Positions 1-9,871 of a stretch of 64,000 nucleotides of DNA are shown piece after piece (positions within the stretch are counted from its first letter, which is position 1; the number at the start of each line of letters is the position of its first letter). Source of the stretch: Mustelus asterias (Eukaryota); the NCBI RefSeq assembly GCF_964213995.1, contig NW_027590498.1:186001-250000 (forward strand). The letters are read 5' to 3'. The notes below the pieces were generated by a model, which had not been told where the DNA came from, did not search any database, and saw only the letters and a list, made by a program, of their open reading frames with translations. The position numbers were made by a program, and so were the translations under genes.

Positions 1-19
1 CATTCACACAAAGCCCACG

Positions 20-146
20 CTCTGATTGGCTGGAAGACCAGAGTCCTTCCGGTCCTCCAACTCTTCCCATTGGTCAATACCTCAGCATGAAGATCAGAGG
101 GTGGGTTCTCCCCCGCACATGCACAACTTCCCCTCTCCCTCGCACA
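20..146 (-). promoter_or_regulatory. Truncated copy of ZNF promoter cassette type II (CCAAT / hairpin / ETS part)
   Basis: Reverse-complement match to 42890-43005 and 55780-55900 (GATTGGCTGGAAGACC...GGTCCTCCAACTCTTCCCATTGG). Confidence 0.75.
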
Positions 147-159
147 CTATTCTGACTTG

Positions 160-378
160 TACTGAAAGAACAGAAATTTATTTCATATAAATACTGGGAA
201 GACTGAACCCATTGTGTTCAGTCCCCACTACAAACTCCACTCCCTCACCAACAACTTTATCTCTCCTCCTGGCAACTGTCTGAGGCTGAACCAGGCTGTT
301 CACAACCAGGGTGAAATAGTTCATCCCAAGATGAGCTTCCAGCCACATGTCCACATCATCATCAAGACCACCTTCATT
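160..378 (+). mobile_element. L2-clade LINE ORF2 fossil (continues at 1098-1170 after SINE insertions)
   Basis: Translates to GNCLRLNQAVHNQGEIVHPKMSFQPHVHIIIKTTF, then DIARLQPSLSSSGTLTHSIVTS, resembling the L2 motif LGV.FD..LSF..HI....KTAYFHLRNIARLRP.L....AETLIHAFVTS. An uninterrupted paralogue lies at 41655-41940. Confidence 0.75.
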
Positions 379-424
379 CATAGAAGCATTGATAGTAATT
401 AATTAATAACAATGAATAATAAAA

Positions 425-1093
425 TACAGTGTAGAAGGAGGACATTCAGCCCATCGAGCCTGCACTGACAACAATCCCATCCAGGCCCTATCCACATATT
501 TACCTGTTAATCTCCCTGATACCAAGTGGCAATTTATCATAGCCAAATTATCATGGCAATTATCATGGCCAGGGGCGGCGCGGTAGCACAGTGGTTAGCA
601 CTGCTGCTTCACAGCTCCAGGGACCTGGGTTCGATTCCCGCTTGGGTCACTGTCTGTGTGGAGTTTGCACATTCTCCTCGTGTTTACGTGGGTTTCCTCC
701 GGGTGCTCCGGTTTCCTCCCACAGTCCAAAGATGTGCAGATTCGGTTGATTGGCCATGCTAAAATTGCCCCTTAGTGTCCTGGGATGCGTAGATTAGAGG
801 GATTAGCGGGTAGAATATGTAGGGATATGGGGGTAGGGCCTGGGTGGGATTGTGGTCGGTGCAGACTCGATGGGCTGAATGGCCTCTTTCTGTACTGTAG
901 GGTTTCTATGATTTCTATGAATCCGTCTAACCGGCACATCTTTGGACTGTGGAAGGAAACCTGAACACCCGGAGGAAACCCACACAGACACGGGGAGAAT
1001 GTAGAAACTCTGCACAGACAGCGACCCGAGGCTGGAATTGAACCCGGGTCCCTGGCGCTGTTAGGCAGCTGCACTAACCACTGTGCCACCGGG
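425..1093 (-). mobile_element. HE1-like tRNA-derived SINE (minus strand) split by a second SINE
   Basis: Tail at 425-570 and head/body at 919-1093 are colinear pieces of one reverse-oriented SINE. Confidence 0.8.
572..918 (+). mobile_element. HE1-like V-SINE, full length
   Basis: GGGCGGCGCGGTAGCACAGTGGTTAGC A box, GGTTCGATTCC B box, V-domain GTGTGGAGTTTGCAC...GGGTTTCCTCCGGGTGCTCCGGTTTCCTCCCACAGTCCAAAGA, CR1-type tail ending TTCTATGA repeats. Confidence 0.92.
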
Positions 1094-1145
1094 CCACATG
1101 TCAGTGACATCGCCCGACTCCAGCCCAGTCTCAGCTCATCTGGAA

Positions 1146-1425
1146 CCCTCACCCATTCCATTGTGACGTCACTCTCTCCCTCCCGTTCCATTGTGACGTC
1201 ACACCCTCACCCATTCCATTGTGACGTCACACCCTCACCCATTCCATTGTGATGTCACACCCTCACCCATTCCATTGTGACGTCACACCCTCACCCATTC
1301 CATTGTGACGTCACACCCTCACCCATTCCATTGTGACGTCACACCCTCACCCATTCCATTGTGACGTCACACCCTCACCCATTCCATTGTGACGTCACAC
1401 CCTCACCCATTCCATTGTGACGTCA
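1146..1425. repeat. 28-bp tandem repeat, 10 units, each with a CRE palindrome
   Basis: Unit CACCCTCACCCATTCCATTGTGACGTCA. GTGACGTC starts at 1163, 1193, 1221, 1277, 1305, 1333, 1361, 1389 and 1417; variant GTGATGTC at 1249. Confidence 0.97.
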
Positions 1426-1529
1426 GGGCTTCACTCTCCGATCACAATCCCTGCCGGCCTCCCACATGCAGCCTCAATGGCGGCAGTCAGCCCGGGTCTA
1501 ACACTACAAGCTGCCGCTCCATTTGGTAC

Positions 1530-2040
1530 AAAGGCGGGGACCGGGAAGTTCATTTCCGGGGTTTGGGTTTGAACAACATGTTTACAAAGTCTCTCCACCC
1601 ACCCGCCACATTTATCATTCCCCGCACGCCGCCCTCTACCTCGGATTGATCTCGCTTCCGAGTTAAAACCGTCTGTCCGTCGCCATTACCCTCACTGCGC
1701 ATGCTTCAGGTCCCGCACCTCATTCACTCCGATTGGTGGGAGGACCAGCCGCTCCCACTCGGTCCTCCAGCCCCGCCCCCTCTTCCTATTGGCCCGGAGC
1801 TGCCGTCAATCAGTCCCCGGGCATTGTGATGTGGTGCATGCGCAGTGTCATTGCTGTCCTTTTGGCGCTTGTTTGTCCCGGAGAAGCGGAGTCAGCGTTA
1901 GGCGGTGGCTGGGAGGATTTGGAAACACTTTGTGGATCCGCAAACCCTTCAGAATCATTGTCAGCTCCCTGGTTTGCAGCTGCGGGGCTTCTCCCTCCCT
2001 CCCTCCCGGGAACAGGCCCAGGTTAACGGCCCCATCCTGG
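1530..2040 (+). promoter_or_regulatory. CpG-rich promoter / first-exon cassette (type I) of ZNF-A
   Basis: CpG-rich, with ETS-like TTCCGG, NRF1-like TGCGCATGC and GCATGCGCA, inverted CCAAT boxes (ATTGG at 1732, 1788) and GC box CCCCGCCCC. Near-identical inverted copy at 62600-62920. Confidence 0.75.
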
Positions 2041-2269
2041 CTCAGCCACTGGAGGATGGTTCACATCAGAGGATGGGGGAGGGGGACAATAAATAAGAGG
2101 TTACACTTTGGCCTCAAATCAATGAGGACTCTGATCTCTGGGAAGGAAGGAAACCCTGGGAGGTGGGCGGGGAGGATTCACAAACACCCGCTGGAGGCCC
2201 CAACACCCCCAATAAGACCCATTGGTTTTATTGTCAGTCTGCAGACAGCAGCTGAAGAACTGAACCCAG

Positions 2270-2432
2270 TAAGAGTTTGAACAACACCAGGTTAAAGTCC
2301 AACAGGTTTATTTGGTAGCAAACACCATTAGCTACCATTAGGTATTTGCTACCAAATAAATCTGTTGGACTTTAACCTGGTGTTAAAACTCTTACTGTGT
2401 TCACCCCAGTCCAACGCCGGCATCTCCACATC
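2270..2432 (+). mobile_element. Short palindromic Penelope-derived insertion with 14-bp TSD
   Basis: Inverted arms ACACCAGGTTAAAGTCCAACAG...CTGTTGGACTTTAACCTGGTGT, flanked by AGAACTGAACCCAG at 2256-2269 and 2433-2446. Empty site in the paralogue near 62380. Confidence 0.85.
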
Positions 2433-2990
2433 AGAACTGAACCCAGACAGAGGAGAGGGAGGGAGCAAACTGGGAGTGGAGAAAAGAAATGGTGAGATGG
2501 GTTTGGATTTCAGCCCAGGGAGGAGGGAGAGTTTGTGGGACAGGAATTTATTGATTTGGGGAACAAGAGAGGAAGAAATGTTCCAGAGAATTAGAATTGC
2601 CTGTTCAAAATTTCTATCCTGGACTGACAGTGATTAATTTTGTAAACTCCTTTTACAGGTGAGGTGAAGAAACATCACATCAAAATCAGACAGAGTCTCG
2701 ATTCACTTGGACTTAAATATCCTCAGACTTTGAACGTGGAAGGAGAAATGTTTGTCTTCTGTCTGGAGGAGAAGATTTCAAACATCAGCGTGACTGAAAA
2801 AGCACCAAGATACACGCACACCCGAGTGAGAGTGTTTCAGTGAATTGACTGTGGAAAGAGCTTTATCCAGTTACGCAGCCTTAAAAAACATCACACCATT
2901 CACAGCAAGGAGAAACTGTACACGTGTTCTGTGTGTGGATGAGGCTTCAACTGATCGTTTAACCTGGAGAAACATAAGGACACCAGTATC

Positions 2991-3912
2991 ATGGAGAAAC
3001 CGTGGAAATGTGGGGACTGTGGGAAAGGATTCAGTTACCCTTCTCTGCTGGAAAACCATCGGCGCAGTCACACTGGTGAGAGACCGTTCACCTGCTCTGT
3101 CTGTGGGGAGGGATTCATTCAGTCATCGGGCCTTTGGTCTCACCAGAGAATTCACACTGAGGAAAAGCCATTCACCTGCACCTCCTGTGGGAAGAGGTTC
3201 AGGCATTCTTCAGCACTCACTGTGCACCAACACACTCACACCGGGGAGAGACCATTCACCTGCTCCGTGTGTGGGAAGGGATTCACTCAGTCATTCCACC
3301 TGCTGTCACACCAGTGAGTTCATACTGGGGAGAGGCCGTTCACCTGCTCCGACTGTGGGAAGGGATTCACTGGGTCATCCCACTTACTGTCACACCAGCG
3401 AGTTCACATTGAGGACAAACCATTCAGCTGCCCTGACTGTGGACAGAGTTTCAGACAAGCATCCTCCCTCATTGCACACCAGCGAATTCACACTGGGGAG
3501 AGACCGTTTACTTGCTTTGTGTGTGGCAAGGGATTCACAGTTTTACCCAGTCTGCTGAGACACCAGAAAATTCACACTGAAGAGAAGCCATTCAGCTGCA
3601 CTGACTGTGGAAAGAATTTCAGGCAGTCATCCAACCTCACTGCTCACCGACGCACTCACACTGCAGAAAGACCATTCACATGCTCCGTGTGCGGGAAGGG
3701 ATTCAATCGGCCATCCAACCTCTCTGCTCACCAGCGAGTTCACACAGGGGAGAGGCCATTCACTTGCTCCGTGTGTGGGAAGGGATTCGCAAAGTCTTTC
3801 AACCTGCTGGCTCACCAACGCACTCACACTAAGGCCATTCAACTGCTCTGTGTGTGGGAAGGGATTCACTCAGTCACAATGGCTCCTTAGACATCAACAA
3901 GTTCACAAGTGA
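2991..3912 (+). pseudogene. ZNF-A: C2H2 zinc-finger gene, 11 fingers, nonsense TGA at 3315 and frameshift near 3830 (or a truncated 3-finger CDS 2991-3317)
   Basis: [12 protein letters not shown] start, TGERPF linkers, ORFs 2991-3317 and 3519-3890 in the same frame. Splice acceptor TTTTACAG ends at 2658. Confidence 0.9.
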
Positions 3913-5180
3913 CTGCAGGGGTTGGATTCTGCTGTTTTTGCTGCTGTTCAGTATTGACAGTCTGACAATATTTTATTTCTGCTGATGTGAACAAACCCTA
4001 TAACTAGTTGGAATTTAATATTCTGGAAATGTCACTGATTTTCGGGGCTGCAATGTCACTTTTTAAAAGCAACACCTGTGATCTTCCCTCTTAACTGAAG
4101 AACTCTCACAGGAACCTGTTGAGAATAAAATTAAGAACTTTTGCTTCAATTCTAATTTGATCTTTGGGGCAAAATCTACAACTCATTCTCTGAAAGATCC
4201 ATCTGCAGGGCACAAAGTATTTATTTTCAATGCTTGTATTGAGATTTTCTGGAAAGCTGCTCTTTGATTTTTAAGGGCTATTTTTTGGTTTCCAGGGCAT
4301 CGTTTTCCATTCTCAGTAACTCCTTTATTAGTGATGTAGTCACGTAGTAACATTACCTTTTGTGTTTCTGTTAGTTTACTTCTTTGAATAAGATAGCACA
4401 AATACTGAAGACTGTGTATATATTAAATCTTTTAAATTGGAATCTATGAATGATATTTTTTGTTAACTTATTTTAAAAATACTCCCATACTCTCTTTCCA
4501 AAATGAGAATTCTAACTATTTGACACAAGGTAACTGAATCAGATGTTTACTGGTTCAGACAGTGGAGCAGGAAAAATCTCTCCCGATTCTGATCTTCATT
4601 GTGTGTGGATTTACATTGATAACCCATCAATAACCTCACTACACCAGCTGAGATCCGCTCTGACCGGGGATTCTGTATGTTGTCTGTGAACGTTAAACTG
4701 CAAATCAAAGCAGTTTAGAATATGAACCTGGATGAATGGATCTCAATTTCTAATGTGACGACCCAAGTGATTGTAAGTACGTTCACAATATCTGTTTACT
4801 CAAATTCCTGAGCTGTAAACCCCACCTCCTGAGATATATAAAAATAATCAAGACTTGTTCAGCAGAATGGGGAAAGCTCTGCCGATGGTCGGATCATTCC
4901 TTTTGAGGCTCACACTGCTATGAAACTAGTTCTGTAGCAGGAAGACACAACTCCTCCACACATCACCGATAGGCTGCTGAGTCAGGGAACTTCTTTTCTC
5001 AAAATAGGTGGCAAAGCTGTTCCTCCAGTTTGAGACTGTCTATGCAGATGTAGCAACATCAGGAGAGACAGAATCTGTGATTGGAGGAGATGGTCCTCAC
5101 AGTTTCTGTCTCTCCCATGTACAGGATGATTTATTTTTTCCAGTAGTTCCTCCCAAGACAGAATTTCTGCGGGCCTTTTG

Positions 5181-5770
5181 GCAAGTCATGTTGCAGCTTT
5201 ATAGAACCTCAGTTAGGCCGCACTTGGAATATAGTGTTCAATTCTGGTCGCCACACTACCAGAAAGATGTGGAGGCTTTGGAGAGGGTGGAGAGGGTACA
5301 GAAAAGATCTACCAGGATGTTGCCTGGCATGGAGGGCATGAGCTATGAGGAGAGGTTGGAGAAACTTGGTTTGTTCTCACTGGAACGACGCAGGTTGAGG
5401 GCGATCTGACAAAGTCTACAAGATTGTGAGGGGCTTGGGCAGATGGATAGAAGCTTATTCCCAGGGTGGAAGAGTCAATTACTCGGGGGGCATAGGTTTA
5501 AGGTGCGAGGGGCAAGGTTTAAAGGAGATGTACGAGGCAGAATTTTTACCCAGAGGGTGGTGGGTGCCTGGAACTCGCTGCCGGGGGAGGTAATGGAAGC
5601 AGATACAATAGTGAATTTTAAGGGGCGTCTTGACAAATACATGAATAGGATGTGAATGGAGGGATATGGTCCCCAGAAGGGTAGGGGGTTTTAGTTCAGT
5701 TAGGCAGCGTGGTTGGTGCAGGCTTGGAGGGCTAAAGGTTTTCCCGTGCTGTAATTTTCTTTGTTTTCTT
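5181..5770 (+). mobile_element. CR1 LINE 3' fragment
   Basis: VMLQLYRTSVRPHLEYSVQFWSPHYQKD...GLFSLERRRLR and FTQRVVGAWNSLP, typical of the CR1 ORF2 C-terminus. Confidence 0.92.
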
Positions 5771-6149
5771 TTGAGAGTGAATTCACCATCCACAGCCGTT
5801 CACTTTGAACCCTGGTTTGAAATATTCTCACTCTGGGTTTAAGGCTTCCTGGCGTAATACACAGATTTAGATCTTACCACCGAACAGCAATTCATATCCT
5901 CATCCCAGTCCCAGATTTAAATGTTGTTGTCCAAACTAGAAAACATATATAATTTGACTCTTTTTAAACCTGATTCACCACACCCTGCCACACTAACTAC
6001 AACAGATTGTGTTTGGGACCAGTTGTTCTGTTAAAGTCTGTGTTGTTCTCAATGATGACAGTTTTAACCTCTCCATAACCTGTCCTAACCCTTCTGCCCT
6101 CCAGGGGCTCTGTTTTTCTGATGGTGACATTCCCTGTTTACCCAGTCAG

Positions 6150-6320
6150 CCCTTGAATTGTTTGTGAATCCAGTCACATGTCGGTTAGACTGGATCAGGG
6201 CGGCAGATTTCCTTCCTTAAAGGGCATTAGAGAACCAGGTGTGCTTTTACAACAATTAATTCATGCTCATCAATATTGTTATTGAAACGTGGTGGGATTC
6301 AAACCCAGGTCCCAAAAGCA
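6150..6320 (-). mobile_element. Degenerate copy of third tRNA-SINE family
   Basis: GTCACATG..GG...GGCAGATTTCCTTCC.TAAAG..CATTAG.GAACCAG, matching 32158-32515 in reverse. Confidence 0.65.
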
Positions 6321-6494
6321 TTATAATAAATAGAGAAAATGCTGGATAAACTCAGCAGGTCGGTTCTTTTCAGAACTCCAGCATCTGCTGGATTTTGCTT
6401 TACCTCCAAATCATTCCCCTGGATTACTCCTGCTCTGGCTCTAATTCCAGTCAGCTCAGACAACAAAAACAGGTTTCACAAAATCACAAACATT

Positions 6495-7898
6495 TAAAAA
6501 AGGAGGTAGTCAAAAGGCAGATAACTATAGGCTGGTTCGCTTAACTTCTGTAGGAGGGAAAATGCTTGGATCTATCATCAGGGAAGAAATAGCGAGACAT
6601 CTGGATATAAATTGTCCCATTGGTAAGACACAGCATAGGTTCATGAAGGGCAGGTCATGTTTGAGTAATTTGGTGGAATTCTTTGAGAACATTACATGTG
6701 CAGTGGACAATGGGGAACTTGTGGATGTGGTGTATCTGGATTTCCAGAAGGCATTTGACAAGGTGCCGCACCAAAGACTGCTGCATAAGATAAAGGTGCA
6801 CAGTGCTACGGGTAATGTATTAGCATGGATAGAGGATTGGTTAACTAACAGAAAGCAAAGAGTGGGAGTAAATGGGTGTTTTTCTGGTTGGCGATCAGTG
6901 ACTAGTGGTGTGCCTCAGGGATAAGTGTTGGGACTGCAATTGTTTACGGTTTACATAGATGATTTGGAGTTGGGGACCAAGTGTAGTGTGTCAAAATTCG
7001 CAGATGACACTAAGAGCAAAGTGTACAGAGGACGCTGAAAGTCTGCAAAGGGATATAGATAATCTATGTGAGTGGGCGAGTGTCTGGCAGATGGAGTACA
7101 ATGTTGGTAAATGTGAGGTCATCCATTTTGGTAGGAATAACAACAAAATGGACGATTATTTAAATGGTAAAAAATTGCAGCATGCTGCTGTGCAGAGGGA
7201 CAGGGGTGTCCTTGTGCAGGAATCTCAAAGAGTTGGTTTGCAGGTGCAGCAGGTAATTAAGAAGGCAAATGGAATTTTGTCCTTCATTGCTGGAGGGATG
7301 GAGTTTAAAAACAGCAAGATTATGTTGCAGCTGTATAAGGTGCTGGTGAGGCCACACCTGGAGTACTGTGTACAGTTTTGGTCTCCTTACTTGAGAAATG
7401 ATATACTGGCACTGGAGGGGGTGCAGAGGAGATTCACGAGGTTGATTCCGGAGTTGAGAGGGTTGGCTTATGAGGACAAACTGAATAGACTGGGGCTATA
7501 CTCATTGGACTTCAGAAGAATGAGGGGAGATCTTATAGAAACATATAAGTTTATGAAGGGAATAGATAAGATAGAAGCAGGGAAGTTGTTTCCACCGGCG
7601 GGTGAAACTAGAACTTGGGGGCATAGCCTCAAAATAAGGGGAAGCAGATTTAGGACTGAGTTGAGGAGGAACTTCTTCACACAAAGGGTTGTGAATCTGT
7701 GGAATTCCCTGCCCAGTGAAGCAGTTGGGGCTACCTCATTGAATGTTTTTAAGGCAAGGATAGATAAATTATTAAACAGTGAAGGAATTAAGGGCTATGG
7801 TGAGCGGGCGGGTAAGTGGAGCTGAGTCCACAAAATGATCAGCCATGAGGGCTCGAGGGGCCAGATGGCCTACTCCTGCTCCTAGTTCTTATGTTCTT
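6495..7898 (+). mobile_element. CR1 LINE ORF2 (RT) 3' 1.4 kb, disrupted
   Basis: QHRFMKGRSCLSNL, DVVYLDFQKAFDKVPH, SGVPQG, decayed FADDT, RPHLEYCVQFWSP; tail TTCTTATGTTCTT. Confidence 0.96.
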
Positions 7899-7990
7899 CC
7901 CACAATCCCCACATTTCCATGGCATCTCCCTGTGACTGCAAATTATGTTCCAAAAGGCCAGATGATTGGTTGAAGCTTTCACCACACCTG
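7899..7990 (-). pseudogene. Short ZNF remnant (subfamily 2 type)
   Basis: Reverse strand reads CGESFNQSSGLL.HNLQSQG..WKCGDCG, as in ZNF-C (FNQSSGL). Confidence 0.65.
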
Positions 7991-8409
7991 ACTAAACCTC
8001 TGACTAACCTGACTAAAACGGAGGATAAAGTATTGGTGTCTGTAAGGGCTAAAACAATACCCTTGGCTTCCTTGTAGATCTGTGGCACCAAGTTCAAGAC
8101 TGCTTCATGAATCATCCTCTTGGCCTCCAGCCTGTCAACTGTCCATGAGAATCTCATGTTTCAGAATGTTCACTGCTCATTCTTCCAAAACCAATGAGTA
8201 TCGGTGCAACCCTTCCCCAAAAGACAACGAGTTGGATTCTGCGAGGTCAAAGGATTTTTGTGTGGTGCACCCCCTGGCCTGCTACGATTCCTGTGGTGGG
8301 TGGGATGGGAGAATTCTCCCCTACACCTTCACAACCTTTCCTCAAAAGCCAACACCTTCATCTTAGGAATGGGCCTGGTGAACGTTCTCTGAACTCATTC
8401 CAATGAAAG

Positions 8410-8830
8410 CATGTCATTCCATAAGTAGGGAGACCAAAACCGCACACAGTATTCCAGCTGCTATCTCAGCAATGTCCTGTGTAGGTGCAGCAAGTTCCCT
8501 TTTTCAAACTCCACCCCCTTGCAGTAAAGTCCAACACTCCATTTGCCTTCTTCTTTACTTGCTGTACCTTCATCCTATTTTTTCACGATTCATGTACAAG
8601 GACACCCAGATTCCTCTCTACGGCAGTATTCTTCAGTTTCTGTACATTTAAACAATTTTTTGCTTCTCTATTCTTCCTGCCAAAGTGGAAAAGCTCCCAC
8701 TTTCCCGCACTGTACTCCATCTGCCATTTTTCTGTCCATTCAGGTAACTTATCTGTGTCCCTTACAGATTTTTTGTAATAACCTCACAACTTGCTTTTCT
8801 ACCTATCTTTGTATCATCAATTCTGGCTTC
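8410..8830 (-). mobile_element. Degenerate CR1 fragment
   Basis: Reverse similarity to CR1 RT C-terminal region (GGAGACCAAAAC..CACAGTATTCCAG; TACTCCATCTGCCA; DDTKIG). Confidence 0.75.
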
Positions 8831-9556
8831 ATCCAAGTCATTGATCAAGGTGGCTGTTTTTCTCTCTCTCAGTTGTGGGTGATATTTGTCCCTATTCTCC
8901 TGGAAACTGAATGAATCTTGTTCCAAACTGGGTTCAATATCAGACATTTCAGGGAGTCAGGAATCATTCGCCCCTGAACCTACACTGGTAAAACCCCAGG
9001 CAGTTCCTCAGTAAGGATTTTTCTGGTTCCTCACCATATATTAGTCAGGATACTGAAACCCAGCTTTTTTACAGTCCACTCCTGGAGGCCCCACTCCCTG
9101 AGCCGACAAAATTCAGCAGTGTCAGTGCTGAAGTTTCACAGTGGGAGTGATTCCCAGAGTAACTGTCAATCAGATCACCATTGATGTCCAGGTTTGTGTA
9201 GTTTTATTTATCCTGATGTCTAACACACACACATCAATAAAACAGGGAATTCCTGCAAACAAACTGCAGCTTCTTCTCTATCTGGAGATCCAATGTTTGT
9301 TGAATAATTGTCCCAGCGGTTAACAGGCTCCTGTGAACTCATCCAACTCGTATTTTAATACTGACTTTAACAAATATATTTTAAATAGGTTTATTTTAAA
9401 TGAGTTAAAACCAGCCTTAAAATGGTATATATAGTATAACAACCATAGTACGTTTCAGACTGGAAACTTTAACCTGCTGTTTCACTTTCATTTAGGAGCA
9501 GATCCCAGTTTTACACCAATCTCTGATTCATGTATCCAGCATTCACCGTCATTCTA

Positions 9557-9730
9557 AAAGCAGAAGTTGCTGCAAAATCTCAGTAAGTCTGACAGAATCT
9601 GTAAAGACAGGAACAGTTAATGTTTCCAGTTGAATGTGACTCTTCTTCAGTGTCAAAACATTCGCTCTGTTTCTCTCTCCAGAGATGCTGTCAGACCTGC
9701 TGAGTTTTTACAGCACTTCTTGTTTTTATT
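9557..9730. mobile_element. Palindromic Penelope-type repeat (family 2) with decayed hammerhead motif
   Basis: Inverted arms AAATCTCAG.AAGTCTGACAG.ATCT / AGATGCTGTCAGACCTGCTGAG; minus strand CTGAAGAAGAGTCA...CTGGAAACATTAAC. Confidence 0.6.
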
Positions 9731-9871
9731 TACGAGTTCAGGACTCAGACAAGACAATCCACAATACAAATCTTACAACTGGGCCAGGGTTTATTAACAT
9801 CAGCAGAAACAGACACCAATGAAAATGGTTGGGACCTCGATGTGATTAACAGCAAAATTCAGTCCTTGCAG

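Noticed and set aside
572-645. tRNA genes
   Set aside because: A/B boxes belong to SINE heads followed by V domain and LINE-type tails; no complete cloverleaf.
1146-1425. CRISPR-like appearance of the 28-bp repeats (also the 46-bp and 67-bp arrays)
   Set aside because: Units are head-to-tail with no unique spacers, there are no cas genes, and the context is vertebrate.
1733-2280. ORFs repeated at 62230-62905 suggesting a conserved protein
   Set aside because: Identity reflects recent DNA duplication of a GC-rich promoter; frames differ between copies through indels and starts are mostly non-ATG.
2845-3558. Long alternative-frame ORFs over ZNF exons ([14 protein letters not shown]...)
   Set aside because: Shadow frames of the repetitive finger codons.
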